In this document: piece by piece, positions 11,390-22,006 of the stretch
How positions within the stretch are numbered: the stretch's first letter is position 1
Layout of the letters: each line of letters opens with the position of its first letter
Source of the DNA: Rhodobacterales bacterium
GTDB lineage: Bacteria; Pseudomonadota; Alphaproteobacteria; Rhodobacterales; CAZPXZ01
Assembly: GCA_965219495.1 (NCBI GenBank)
Contig: OZ244777.1
Span: 1,398,419 to 1,462,418, forward strand
Direction of reading: 5' to 3'
Length of the DNA stretch: 64,000 nt
The notes under the pieces: model-generated
What the model saw: only the letters and a program-made list of their open reading frames with translations
Told to the model about the DNA's origin: nothing
Database searches by the model: none
Position numbers and translations under genes: made by a program

Positions 11390-13107
11390 GGGTGCAGGTC
11401 TCCTATGGCAAAATCGCACTGAGGAATTTCAGGCACTTACGTCAGGAAGCAAGGGCGATGCGGGGGATTTGCTGTGAAACTCTGCGGCCGGAGGCAATTT
11501 TTCCCGGGAAACCCGCGATATGGAGCGGATGAGAGTGCTCTCAACCACAAGCCGTGGTATCTTGAATGCAAAAAGCAAAGAACGCACAAGAAAGGAGCAC
11601 TCTCATGTCTATTCTACCTTTTCCCGACAATCCGTCCAGCTTTCCTGCTTCCGTCCAGCGGTCGGATTCGGTGCCGGGCGCGCTTCCGGCGAAGCTCATC
11701 GAAGCCTTTCATTGGCGCCTTGGCGCGGTCTTGCAATCCGGCATGGCGGCGACGGATTTCGAGCGGTTTGAGCGGGACGTGGTGTCGGCGTTGCATGGGT
11801 TTGGCCGGGAGATATTGCAAGACAGCATCGAACGTCTTGACGATGGCGCCGCTTCGCTGACGCGGGACGGGCGGGTCTATACGCGGGTGGAGGCGACGTC
11901 GAAGACGATCATGACGTCGGTGGGGCAGGTGAGTTTTTGGCGGAGCCGCTACCGGCGTGCGGGAGAGGCATCGGTGGCGCCGGTGGACGAGAAACTCGGC
12001 TTGGCGGACGCCTTTTTCACGCCGCTTGGGGCCTGCCAGTCTCTGTACCTGCTGAGCGGCAACACGGCGCGGGATTGCGTTGCGCAGCAGGAAATGTTCG
12101 GCATCGACGGGGCCTCGGTGAGCAGCCTGCAGCGGCTGGGCAGGGCAGCTGCGGAACATTGGGAAGAGGTGGCGGAAGAGGCGATGGAGGAGATCCGGTT
12201 GGAAGAGGGGGTTCCGGCGGCGGCGGCGAGCGCCTGCGTCTCCCTCGACGGCGTCATGGTTCCGATGCGGCCGGGCGAGGGGGAAGACCGGAAAACCGTA
12301 TACCGGGAAGCATCTTGCGGCAGCCTTACCTACTACGACGAGGCGGGCAAGCGGCTGCACAGCGTGTATTTCGGGCGCATGGCGGAGCCGGGGAAAGCGA
12401 CCCTCAAGGAGGAGCTGGCGGCCGAAGTCGCCGGCCTTGTCGGACGCCGCCCGGATCTGCGGATCGTCGGCATCGCCGATGCCGCGCCGGACAACTGGAG
12501 CTTCCTCGGCACACTGGTCGCGGAGGATTGCCAGCTGGTCGACTACTGGCATGCCTGCCAGCACCTGCAATGCGTGGCGGATGCCGCCTTCGGCGGCGGC
12601 GCGGCGGCCGGCGCGAAGTGGTTCGAGAAGTACAAGGCCGTCCTGCGCGACGACGAGGATGGCATCGAGAAGGTGATCGACGCCATCCGCTACCGCCTGC
12701 GCCGCGCCGGCGCCGCGAAGGCCGAGGTGAAGCGCGAGCTGCGCTTCTTCCGCAAGCACCGCCGGCGCATGCGCTACGCGGCATTCCATGCCAAGCGCCT
12801 GCCCATCGGCTCGGGGGTAATTGAGGCGACCTGCAAATCCCTGGTGAGCGCCAGAATGAAGAAGGCCGGCCAACGCTGGGGGCACAGCGGGGGACAAGCC
12901 ATCCTGACGTTCCGCAGCTTGGTCAAGTCCGAGCGGTTCGACCGGGCATGGAGAGCAATTGCGGCGAGATTGAAGGGCGCCGCCAACGACAACGGCGCCG
13001 CAATCGAGACACCGAGGAAGGCTGCATGAATGAATATTGAACGAAAAGATGCTCAATGAAGGGACATATTAAAACTTGAGTCTGTTTTCCATATGAGAAT
13101 CACACCC
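11390..13107 (+). mobile_element. insertion sequence (ISKra4/ISAzba1-like), 1718 bp, with 9-bp target-site duplication
   Basis: The direct repeat TTTCGGCAA occurs at 11381-11389 and again at 13108-13116. The terminal inverted repeats are GGGTGCAGGTCTCCTATGGCAAAAT and the reverse complement GGGTGTGATTCTCATATGGAAAACA (17 of 25 positions match). Removing the IS and one repeat restores ...MIELIAEIPDLWDV... in frame. Confidence 0.85.
11605..13029 (+). CDS. DDE transposase, ISKra4-family-like
   Basis: AAGGAG lies 7 nt upstream of the ATG at 11605. Motifs are SLDGVMVPMR, IADAAPDNW, DYWHACQHL and IGSGVIEATCKSLVSARMKKAGQRW. The family call comes from remembered motif spacing. Confidence 0.7.
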   Translation: MSILPFPDNPSSFPASVQRSDSVPGALPAKLIEAFHWRLGAVLQSGMAATDFERFERDVVSALHGFGREILQDSIERLDDGAASLTRDGRVYTRVEATSKTIMTSVGQVSFWRSRYRRAGEASVAPVDEKLGLADAFFTPLGACQSLYLLSGNTARDCVAQQEMFGIDGASVSSLQRLGRAAAEHWEEVAEEAMEEIRLEEGVPAAAASACVSLDGVMVPMRPGEGEDRKTVYREASCGSLTYYDEAGKRLHSVYFGRMAEPGKATLKEELAAEVAGLVGRRPDLRIVGIADAAPDNWSFLGTLVAEDCQLVDYWHACQHLQCVADAAFGGGAAAGAKWFEKYKAVLRDDEDGIEKVIDAIRYRLRRAGAAKAEVKRELRFFRKHRRRMRYAAFHAKRLPIGSGVIEATCKSLVSARMKKAGQRWGHSGGQAILTFRSLVKSERFDRAWRAIAARLKGAANDNGAAIETPRKAA

Positions 13108-13864
13108 TTTCGGCAATCAACTCGATCATGTCCTCGGCCTCGTGCTTTTCCAGCCCGCCGGGCCCCGCGAGTTCATCTGTGGAAATTCGGCAAGGAACCG
13201 CGCAGCGGTCACCCACGGCCTCCTTGGTTTCAACCAGGACTTCCTTCAGGAGACGAACACGGTTTTCCAGCGAGCCGCCGTATTCGTCGCGGCGCTGATT
13301 GAGTTGCCTGGACATGAATTGGGAGAGAATTGTCAATGCGTGTCCCGCGTAGACGTAAACGAGGTCGTATCCCGCCCTTTCGGCCCGAAGCGCGGCCGCC
13401 TTGTGCCAGCGGCGAACATTGCGGATATCATCCCTGTCCATGCTGCGCGCATGCACCGGATCGTAGCTGAACGATGCAATCGGCAATCCGGTCGGGGCCA
13501 TCGGCACTTCGCGCGAGTAGAAATTGGAGCCATGCAGCCCGTTGTAGCAAAGCTCCAATCCCGCCAGCGCACCGTGCTCGTGAATCTTGTCCGCCGTCCG
13601 GGCGAGAGCCGGGATGTCCCGATCATCCCAAAGCCGCAATTCGATGAAGGGCGTGATCTCGGAAGTGTGATGGAATTCGACCTGCTCCGTGCAAACGACC
13701 GCCCATCCACCCTCGGCCTTGACGCCGCGCATATGTGCGAGCGCCGTAGGATCGCGATATCCCATGCCGTTGCAGTGGGGAACCTGGTAAAAGCGGTTCT
13801 TCGCGGTGACGGGTCCGATTCTGACGGGTTCGAACAGGATGTCGAAGCGTGAGTCTCTGGGCAT
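13108..13864 (-). pseudogene. trimethylamine/dimethylamine dehydrogenase-like flavoprotein, N-terminal (OYE/TIM-barrel) part
   Basis: MPRDSRFDILFEPVRIGPVTAKNRFYQVPHCNGMG...KAEGGWAVVCTE...GYDLVYVYAGH...RRDEYGGSLENR is closely parallel to the TMADH N-terminus. It is cut off by the IS at 13107. Confidence 0.8.
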
Positions 13865-14016
13865 GATATCGAGCGCATTCCTGGTTGCGGAAGCCGCATA
13901 CGGCTTCCGGCTGGCCGGTGGCGGGCTTGCGCCAAGGTCGCCGCCTTGCGCGGCGAGCCGGGCGCGAGCCTTGCCGGGCGGCGGACTCCCGGAGAAGCCC
14001 GCCGCTCCATGAGAAG

Positions 14017-14754
14017 CTAGTTCGCTACTTCTTCAGGCGCGTCCAGATCGTGTCGTACACTTCCCTGGGTTGCCTGGTCGCAAACCGCGATGAATGTGCC
14101 CGCAGGCGCATCGGCCGGCGGAACGGACTCGGGCTGGGAACTGAGTTCCGGGTCGAGGAATGGGCCGACGCCCTTCACTCCTGCGGCATACCGGGCGTAA
14201 TTCGTTACCGCCCCGATATTTTCCGGTTCCAGCAAGAAGTCCATGAACTTGATGGCGCTTGCCCGATTCGGAGCATCCTTTAACAGCACCACGTTATCCA
14301 TCCAGACGATGTAACCTTCCCTGGGATATGCGTACTCGACATTTGCGCCTTCTTCACGCGCCTTCGCGGAAAAGCCGTTGTAGATCATCCCGGCCGCCGC
14401 ATCGCCGGAAACAAGGACGTCCTTGGCGATATCGGAGCCGAAGAATGCCCAGTGTGCCTTTGCCGACTGCAGGAGCGCGTCAAGCGCCTTCAACTGCTCC
14501 CTGTCATTGGTGCGCTGGGGAATTCCGAGATGCAGCGCCGCAAGGAGCATGACCTCGCCCTGACTGTCGAGCACGTTGATCTTGCCCTTTAGTTCGTCCG
14601 GCGGATCAAGAATGACACCGGTGGTGTGGATGTCGCCCTGGTAGACATCACGATTCGCCGAGAAGCTGGTGGAACCCCATTGGTAGGGGACGGAATGCTT
14701 GCGTCCCGTGTCAAAGGGCACGTCGACCCACTGCGGCTCGATATTCTGACTTCC
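14017..14754 (-). pseudogene. spermidine/putrescine ABC substrate-binding protein (PotD/PotF-like), C-terminal part
   Basis: The frame gives ...NIEPQWVDVPFDTGRKHSVPYQWGSTSF...YPREGYIVWMDNVVLLKDAPN. It is separated from its N-terminal part by the 877-bp element. Confidence 0.8.
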
Positions 14755-15631
14755 TGACCTCATGCGATGATCCGGGCGTCCTGATGGAGGCCATTTCTTT
14801 GTCGCAGAAGGATTTTCCCGTGGCAAAGGCCATGACATTCCATGCGGATCGCCCTATATGCCATGATGCTGTCGCGGGGGCCGACTTGACCATTTCACCC
14901 TTGCCGATGTGTCCAGCAGACGCCATTGCGATCCGTTCCACCATGTCCATGATCAGCCGGGATGGAACCACGACGTATTCTCTCAATCTGCAACCCATCT
15001 GCAGCCATGCCGACGAAGACAGCAACGCGCGCAACCGCATGATCGGCCAGTTCGCCGTCACCGGGCTGGCGTCGCACAAGGAATATCGTGGCCGCATTCG
15101 GCGTCAGCCGCGCGACGGTCACGCGCGCCGCGCGAACACGTCGCGAAAAAGGGGACGACGGTTTGCACAAGCCGCCCATGCCGCGCAGCCGGACGGCGAT
15201 TGACGCGGCGTGCGCGGGAGAGGCCGGCCGCCTTCGCACCCAGGGGTTGAGAATTCGCCGGACCGCGAAGCTTCTCGGCTTGTCGCCTATCGAGCCGAAG
15301 CCGCCATGATACCCTGCATCGCCAAGGCTTCAGGGAAAGAAAAGCAACCCACGCGCCGACCTCCGCACCCTGTTCTCCACCGAAGCGACCATCCTGTCCG
15401 ACTGCCCGCGGAAAACCCTTGCCATCCGCATCCCGTATCTCGACAACAAGGCGCACACCCGTCATCTCCGACCTCTCCTCGAAACCCTCAACGTAACCAA
15501 GACCGTGTTCCCCGGAACTGACCTTACAATGGCGTGCGAACTCGCATTCGACTTCGATTGTGACCATCCATTCGACCTCGCCGTCCCTGCGAAATGGATC
15601 ATCTCAAATGGTATGGGGTCAGGAAGTCAGA
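14755..15631 (+). mobile_element. 877-bp non-autonomous TIR element (internally deleted IS derivative)
   Basis: Perfect 15-bp terminal inverted repeats: TCTGACTTCCTGACC at 14755-14769 and GGTCAGGAAGTCAGA at 15617-15631. They are flanked by the direct repeat TAT (14752-14754 and 15632-15634). The interior has only broken frames: HTH-like FGVSRATVTRAARTRREKGDDGL and RLRTQGLRIRRTAKLLGLS, plus a C-terminal-tail-like segment. Confidence 0.8.
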
Positions 15632-15953
15632 TATTGGCGATATTGGCGAGTTCGCCCTCTGCGATCATGTTCAGCAGGCCCTCGTCGGCCATGATCTTCG
15701 TCATGTAGTCGCCGGGAACCGCCACGTCGTACGACCCGATCTTGCCCGCCTCGAGGGAAGCCAGCAGCGCTTCATTGGAATCGTAGGTGTCCATCGTTAC
15801 CACGATTCCCGTCTCCGCGGCGAACTTGTCGAGAAGTTCCTGCGGGATGTATTCGAACCAGTGATAGATCGAAATCTTGTCGGTGGCGTTCGCCGCGCTT
15901 GCGGCGACGTTGAAGAGCAACGCCGCCAGTCCGAGTTTGAAACAGGATTTCAT
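15632..15953 (-). pseudogene. PotD/PotF-like substrate-binding protein, N-terminal part with signal peptide
   Basis: MKSCFKLGLAALLFNVAASAANATDKISIYHWFEYIPQELLDKFAAETGI.... Removing the element and one TAT rejoins ...ELANIANIEPQWVD... in frame. Confidence 0.8.
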
Positions 15954-15997
15954 TGGATTCTCCTTTTCCGGTTTCTGGATTCGGTTGGGAACAAGCC

Positions 15998-16810
15998 TCA
16001 GCTTTCCGTCTTTGTCCCATATTTCCCAATGAAATAGGACAAGGTGACGAGAAACACCGAGACGATGAGCATCAGGGAGCTGAGTGCCATGATGTTGGGC
16101 TTGATTCCCTGTTTGACGGAGCCGTAGATCGCCGTAGGCAGCGTTTCCACGCCCGCGCCCTTGATGAAATTGGTGATGATGAAATCGTCGAGAGAAATGA
16201 TGAACGCCAGCAGGAATCCCGCGAGAATTCCCGGCGCCATCAGTGGAAACAGGACCCGCCGAAACGCTTCCAGGCGGTTGGCGTACAAGTCCTGCGCTGC
16301 CTCTTCGTAACTTCCGTCGATCCCCTGCAAGCGGGCGGCGATGGGCAGGTAGGCGAATGGAATGCAGAAGACGATGTGGGCGACGACAATGGACGGATAT
16401 CCAAGCTCGAACCCGATGGCGCTAAAGAAGATCAGGGTCGCGACCGCGGTGACGATTTCGGGAACCATGATCGGCATGCGGATGAGACCGAGGCTCAGGT
16501 ACTTGCCGCGAAACGAACCGCCTCGCACCATTGCGATCGCGGCAGCCGTGGCAATGGTTGTGCTGACGGTTGCGGCGGAGACAGCGATCGTCAGCGAATT
16601 CCCCGCGGCGGTCTTGAACTTTGCGGCTTCCAGCCCAACAAAGATGTCCGCGTACCAGCGCAAGCTAAACCCACCCCAGCGGGAGATCGAGATGGAATCA
16701 TTGAAACTGTACGCCATCACGACGAGCAACGGCGCATAAAGCACAAGCAGGCACACGATCGTTACCGGCAGGAAGCCCGGATAGGCCCTGACATCGTGCC
16801 GGCGATCCAT
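15998..16810 (-). CDS. polyamine ABC transporter permease (PotC-like)
   Basis: Membrane protein with an ABC permease EAA-type loop ([28 protein letters not shown]). The chosen ATG at 16810 lies 1 nt after the stop of the upstream permease. Confidence 0.85.
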   Translation of the reverse strand: MDRRHDVRAYPGFLPVTIVCLLVLYAPLLVVMAYSFNDSISISRWGGFSLRWYADIFVGLEAAKFKTAAGNSLTIAVSAATVSTTIATAAAIAMVRGGSFRGKYLSLGLIRMPIMVPEIVTAVATLIFFSAIGFELGYPSIVVAHIVFCIPFAYLPIAARLQGIDGSYEEAAQDLYANRLEAFRRVLFPLMAPGILAGFLLAFIISLDDFIITNFIKGAGVETLPTAIYGSVKQGIKPNIMALSSLMLIVSVFLVTLSYFIGKYGTKTES

Positions 16811-16811
16811 T

Positions 16812-17738
16812 TCAGTTGCCGGCGGCCTTCGCGCGGGCCTGCTGCCGCGCGCAAACAAGGAGCGCCAGCAACACGAGTGTCAGGAGAATCATGGATGCTG
16901 CGGCGCCGAAGGGACAATTTCCGGCATTTCCCTTGAATTGCTCCTCGATCAGGGACCCGATCAAGAAGGTCTTGACGCCTCCCAGCAGGTCCGGTGCGAG
17001 GAATGCCCCCAGGCTCGGCACAAAGACGAGGATGCAACCCGCTACGATCCCCGGGCGAACAATCGGCAGCAGCACCCGTCGGAGGATGGTCCAGCGGCCG
17101 CCATACAGGTCGGCCGCCGCTTCGGAGAGAGCGAAATCGTAACGTTCCACGGACGCATAGATCGGAAGCACCATGAACGGCAGGTAGGAATAGAAAAGTC
17201 CCAATTGCACGGCGAGATTGGTGTCGACCAGCGCTAGCGGTTCCCCGATCAACCCAAGTGAAAGCAGCGCTTCATTGAGCGGTCCCGTATCGCGAATGAG
17301 AAACTTCATCGACACGGTGCGGATGAGCAGGTTCACCCAGTAGGGAACCGTGATCAGAAAGAGCCATGCGGACCGAGTCGCCGCCGAACGAGTCGCGATG
17401 AAGTAGGCCGTTGGAAATCCGATTGCCAGGCAAAGAAGCGTCGCCACACCCGCCTGAAGAATCGAACGCACGAAGATAACGATGTAGGTCCACTCGATCT
17501 TCGGGGGCTCGTCACCGAACAGGCCGCGGTCAAATACGAACTGGTCGTAGGCGGCAAGCGTAAAGTCCCAGATCACTCCGCCGCGGATTTCCTTCGTCAG
17601 GAACGAATAAACCAGCATCAAAAGCACGGGCAGCAGCAGGAAGAAGCCAATTGTCGCCCAGGTTGGAAGCAGGAGCATGGTCCGCACCCGGTGGTAGGTG
17701 CGGGAGACCTCCCTGCCGCCGCCCAGTGCATCAGTCAT
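16812..17738 (-). CDS. polyamine ABC transporter permease (PotB-like)
   Basis: 308 aa with six predicted hydrophobic segments and [27 protein letters not shown]. The start ATG shares one base with the ATPase stop. Confidence 0.85.
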   Translation of the reverse strand: MTDALGGGREVSRTYHRVRTMLLLPTWATIGFFLLLPVLLMLVYSFLTKEIRGGVIWDFTLAAYDQFVFDRGLFGDEPPKIEWTYIVIFVRSILQAGVATLLCLAIGFPTAYFIATRSAATRSAWLFLITVPYWVNLLIRTVSMKFLIRDTGPLNEALLSLGLIGEPLALVDTNLAVQLGLFYSYLPFMVLPIYASVERYDFALSEAAADLYGGRWTILRRVLLPIVRPGIVAGCILVFVPSLGAFLAPDLLGGVKTFLIGSLIEEQFKGNAGNCPFGAAASMILLTLVLLALLVCARQQARAKAAGN

Positions 17739-18820
17739 CAGTCCACCAGGAGCCGGGCCGCACCCTCGGCCAGCGCCGGCCCCACCCGTTCCCCGTATCC
17801 GACCGGTTTCGAGTCGCCCGCATATTGCGACCGAACGAGGACCTCGGGTCCTTCGTCGAGCTTCACCGAGTACTGGATGTCGGTCCCGAGATATACTGCC
17901 TGCCGGATCGTCCCCCTCAGACCTGCCGCGCCATTCGACTCGGGAAGAAGGAGCAGCCGTTCCGGACGAATCAGGACATGCGCCGCGGCGCCTTCCGCAG
18001 GCGGCAGGCCCGCCTGACAGGGAAATTCCGCGCCATTAACCAGGCGGCAGGTGTAGGCGCCGTCGGACCCTGTGTCGACGATTGCATCGAGCAGGTTGGT
18101 TTCCCCGATAAAATCAGCGACGAAGCGATTGAGGGGAGCTTCATAGACGTCGAACGGCGTCCCGACCTGCTGAATCTCCCCGGCAGACATCACCGCGATC
18201 CGATCGGACATGGTGAGCGCCTCTTCCTGGTCGTGGGTAACGAAGACGAACGTGATTCCAGTGTCCCGCTGATTTTGCTTCAACTCGATGAGCATCGACT
18301 GCCGGAGTTTGAGATCGAGCGCGGACAGCGGCTCATCCAGAAGCAGGACCTTGGGGCGCGGCGCCATCGCCCGCGCGAGCGCGACGCGCTGTTGCTGTCC
18401 GCCGGAGAGTTGGCTTGGCATTCGGCCGGCGAAGTCCCCCAGCTTCACAAGTTCGAGAATCCGGGAAATCTACGACTTGATTTCCGCCTCGCTCCAGTCA
18501 AGCCGCTTCATGCCAAAGGCTACGTTTTCCGCGACCGACATGTGCGGAAGCAGGGCGTAATGCTGGAAAACCGTGTTGATCGGACGCTTGTTCCGGGAAA
18601 GATGGGCAATGTCCTCGCCCTCCAGGAAAATCTCCCCTCCGGTCAGTTCCTCGAAGCCGGCGATGAGCCGCAGCAAGGTTGTCTTGCCGCAGCCGGAGGG
18701 TCCGAGGAGGGTAAAGAACTCGTTCCTCCGAATCTCCAGAGTGGCGCCGTTCAGGGCGGTCACCGCGCCATATTTCTTGATGGCGTTTCTGACTTCGATG
18801 GAGTTTGCGGGACCGTTCAA
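17738..18820 (-). pseudogene. polyamine ABC transporter ATPase (PotA-like) with in-frame TAG
   Basis: Walker A (GPSGCGKTT), the signature (QLSGGQQQRVALARA) and Walker B (LLLDEP) lie in one frame. That frame is broken by TAG at 18470-18472 (...EAEIKS*ISRILELVKLGDF...). The proposed TTG start at 18820 has GGGAGA upstream. Confidence 0.75.
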
Positions 18821-18866
18821 CTGGGTTCTCCCAGCCGCACTTCCTCCCGCCGCCCCGTCACCAGGC

Positions 18867-19628
18867 TCATGTCTCGAACCCAAGTCTTTCGGAAAGGATC
18901 GCAGCAACCTCCGAGAGCCGATCCCGGACCCTGGTCCTGGGTATGAGACAAAACCGGTCCGCAAGCCCGGTGATGCCGACGGAATAGAGAACATGGCCAC
19001 CGCGGACTCGGACGGGTTGCCCGTAGCTGAGCACGCCTGCATCCAGTTCGTTGTCGCAGACGGCCATTCCTTCGGCCCGGATCTGCTCCAGTTCCCTGAG
19101 AATTTCGGTTTGCCCGATCTTGGTCCTGGAAGTGAATTGCTCGCGTGGCCTGGTCATAAAACGCGCAATGAAGTCCGGATCCTGGAACGCCAGAATCGCC
19201 TTGCCCGAAGCCGCGGCGTGCAGCGGCAACTGGCGGCCGGGCTGCACGAAGGTTCGACCCGAACCAACGGGCTGCGCCATGAGGACGGACTCTGCCACGT
19301 CGCCTTTCAGTTGGGCCAGATGCGCGGTCTCGCCAAATTCATTGACCAGTTGATCCAGCGCGGACCGGGCCAGGTCCCCGTACCCGGTCAAGTTCATGGT
19401 CTTTTGAAGGAGGGCCTGTAATCGGAAACCAAGCATGAAGCCCTTCGATCCGGAGGAGCGTTGCAGCAGGCCGAGATTCACAAGTCCGTGCACTAGGCGA
19501 TGCACCGAAGCCGGTTGCAATCCCATTTCGCGGGCGATCTCCGTCAGCGTCAAGCCGGTGTTCGACGCCGCAACCTCTTCCAGCACCCGGACATACCTTC
19601 CGAGTGGCTTGTCGTCATGTTCAGTCAT
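18867..19628 (-). CDS. IclR family transcriptional regulator
   Basis: 253 aa from an internal ATG: MTEHDDKPLGRYVRVLEEVAASNTGLTLTEIAREMGLQPASVHRLVHGL, followed by an IclR effector domain. ATGA overlap with the upstream gene. Confidence 0.85.
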   Translation of the reverse strand: MTEHDDKPLGRYVRVLEEVAASNTGLTLTEIAREMGLQPASVHRLVHGLVNLGLLQRSSGSKGFMLGFRLQALLQKTMNLTGYGDLARSALDQLVNEFGETAHLAQLKGDVAESVLMAQPVGSGRTFVQPGRQLPLHAAASGKAILAFQDPDFIARFMTRPREQFTSRTKIGQTEILRELEQIRAEGMAVCDNELDAGVLSYGQPVRVRGGHVLYSVGITGLADRFCLIPRTRVRDRLSEVAAILSERLGFET

Positions 19629-22006
19629 TCGGCTCTCGGTCTTGTAGTAAAATCCCCGGGGGACCCGGTCCCGGCGCCTGCGGACCGTTCCGCATCCCGG
19701 CGCCTGAGCGCGCGCACGACCCGCTCTGGCGTGATCGGCATCTCGAACACGCGGACTCCAATGGCGTCCGCCACCGCGTTGGCAATCGCCGGGGCGACCG
19801 CGGTCATGGCGGGCTCCCCGACGCCCTTGGCGCCGAACGGTCCGACCCCGCTTCGGGACTCGAGCAGGATGCATTCGACCTTGGGCATGTCCATGGCGGT
19901 CGGCATCAGGTATTCGCTGAAGGACGGCGTCACTAGGCGGCCCTTCTCGTACAGCATCTCCTCGCTCAATGCGTAACCCTGTCCATTCTGGGCGCCGCCC
20001 TGAATCTGGCCTTCAACCGCGGCGGGGTTGATGCACTGGCCAATGTCATGCGCGGCGACGCTCTTCCGCACCTCGACCTCGCCGGTTTCGACGTCTACCG
20101 ATACCTCCACCGCATGAGCGCCGTAGACATAATCCGGATGGGCCTGGCCCTGGCCCGTCTCTGGATCGAGAAAGTCTGAAAAAGGCGCGCGGAAAATGGC
20201 GAGCTCGGAGCGGTGGATGCCTTCGGACGCGCATTTTCGAACGAGTTCCACCAAGGGGAGCGCCTTTCCCGGCTCGTCAGGCGCGAAGACCTTGTTGAAC
20301 TCCATGTCCACTTCACCGGGTTCCACGCCGAATTCTTCGGCGGCGCGCTTCGCCAGCCGCGCGCGGAGGGTTTCCGCCGCCTGTTTGACCGCATTGCCGG
20401 TCATGTACAGCGCCCGGGTCGCCGTTGTCGTGCCGGCGAGCGGCGTTGTCGCGGAATCGCTGTTGTAGACGGCAACGTTGTCCAGGGTGACCCCGAGGAC
20501 CTCGGCTGCGATCTGGGCCAGGGCCGAGACCTGGCCCGCGCCGATATCCGTTACGCCGGAACGCACGACGACAGTTCCGTCCATCTCGATCCCCACCCAG
20601 GCCTCCGACGTGTCGTGCAGGAATGTCAGCCGTCCGTAGCTTTGCTGATAGCAGGCGATTCCGCGCCCGATCCGGATCGACCCATCCGGCCGCGAGGGCG
20701 GGCTAAGGGCGGCCCAGGCCTTCTCCGCACATTGTTCGGTCCAAATCGCGCTCGGTGGCACGAACCCCGTCGATATCGGCTCGCCTGTCTTCAGAAAATT
20801 GCGCCTCCGCACTTCCATGCGGTCCAGGCCTACCGCCTTGGCCACCTCGTCCATCTGTTGCTCGTACGCGGCGCAGGCCTGCAACGCCCCAAACCCGCGG
20901 AACGCGCTGGTGTACATGTTGTTCGTCGCAACCGCCTGGGCGAACACGCGCAAATTGTCGACGCGATAGGGTCCCGGGGCGGCGACCAGCGCGTAGAGGA
21001 GGACGTAAGGGCTCAGGAACACGTACGCCCCGGAATCGGCGATCATCCGCACGTCCAGCGCCGTGATCCTGCCGTCCGCCCGAACGCCGGTCCGGTAGGT
21101 CAACACGAACGGATGGCGCTTGCCGTGACCTACGAACGAATCCTCGCGGGTGTACTCCAGGCGCACCGGCCGGCGCGTATGCAGGGCGAGAAGCGCAAGG
21201 TAGATTTCGACGGTAACGTCTTCCTTGCCGCCAAATCCCCCGCCGACCAGCGCACCGCGAACCCGAATCTTGTTGTGAGGCACGCCGACCGCATCGGCGA
21301 TGGGCCGGAAGTGCTCGATGACCTGGGTAGACACCCGGATGTTGACGACATCGTTCTCGTCGACCCAGGCGAGACCCACCTCCGGCTCCAGAAAGGCGTG
21401 CTCCTGGAACGGTGTGCGGTATGTGTTTTCGACGACGATGTCGGCCTGGGCGAATCCCGCTTCGAAGTCGCCCTTCCTGATCCTGCGCTCCGCGACAATA
21501 TTGCTGTCGCCCTGGACAATCGGTGCGCCCGGTTTAAGCGCTTCCTCGGGATCGTAGACGCCGGGAATGGCTTCGAGATCCACTTCGATCAGCTCCGCGG
21601 CGCAGTCGGCGATGTCGCGGGAATCCGCGGCGATCAGAGCGAGCGGCTCTCCGAAATAGCGGACTTGTTCTCTCACGAGTATCTGCTGGCCCGTATCGAG
21701 CCGTTTCTGGCTGACCTGACCAGGAATATCGGTTGACGCGGTTCGGTCGGGAAGTTCGGACGCCGTCAACACGCAGGCCACGCCGGCGAGTTCCCGCGCC
21801 TTCGATACATCGATGCGAACAAGCCGCGCACTCGCCTGTTCCGCCCTGAATACCCGTATGTGCAGCGTGTCGAGCATCGAGTAATCGCCCGCATATGGCG
21901 TCTTTCCGGTTACCTTTCCGGGCGAGTCGATGCGGGTGAGCGGTTTGCCGACCTGCCGGAACTGAACATTCGGCGGCGCGCCGGAATCCAACCTGGCGGG
22001 GCTCAT
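19625..22006 (-). CDS. molybdopterin-binding large subunit of xanthine dehydrogenase/aldehyde oxidase-family hydroxylase
   Basis: 793 aa with GKVTGKTPYAGDY, GGGFGGKE and GVGEPAMTAVAPAIANAV. ATGA overlap with the small-subunit stop. Confidence 0.9.
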   Translation of the reverse strand: MSPARLDSGAPPNVQFRQVGKPLTRIDSPGKVTGKTPYAGDYSMLDTLHIRVFRAEQASARLVRIDVSKARELAGVACVLTASELPDRTASTDIPGQVSQKRLDTGQQILVREQVRYFGEPLALIAADSRDIADCAAELIEVDLEAIPGVYDPEEALKPGAPIVQGDSNIVAERRIRKGDFEAGFAQADIVVENTYRTPFQEHAFLEPEVGLAWVDENDVVNIRVSTQVIEHFRPIADAVGVPHNKIRVRGALVGGGFGGKEDVTVEIYLALLALHTRRPVRLEYTREDSFVGHGKRHPFVLTYRTGVRADGRITALDVRMIADSGAYVFLSPYVLLYALVAAPGPYRVDNLRVFAQAVATNNMYTSAFRGFGALQACAAYEQQMDEVAKAVGLDRMEVRRRNFLKTGEPISTGFVPPSAIWTEQCAEKAWAALSPPSRPDGSIRIGRGIACYQQSYGRLTFLHDTSEAWVGIEMDGTVVVRSGVTDIGAGQVSALAQIAAEVLGVTLDNVAVYNSDSATTPLAGTTTATRALYMTGNAVKQAAETLRARLAKRAAEEFGVEPGEVDMEFNKVFAPDEPGKALPLVELVRKCASEGIHRSELAIFRAPFSDFLDPETGQGQAHPDYVYGAHAVEVSVDVETGEVEVRKSVAAHDIGQCINPAAVEGQIQGGAQNGQGYALSEEMLYEKGRLVTPSFSEYLMPTAMDMPKVECILLESRSGVGPFGAKGVGEPAMTAVAPAIANAVADAIGVRVFEMPITPERVVRALRRRDAERSAGAGTGSPGDFTTRPRAE

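Noticed and set aside
15632-15655. Tandem 9-bp repeat TATTGGCGA x2 next to the 877-bp element, considered as a possible longer target duplication or micro-array.
   Set aside because: It simply encodes the repeated peptide ANIANI of the binding protein. Only TAT is duplicated on both sides of the element.
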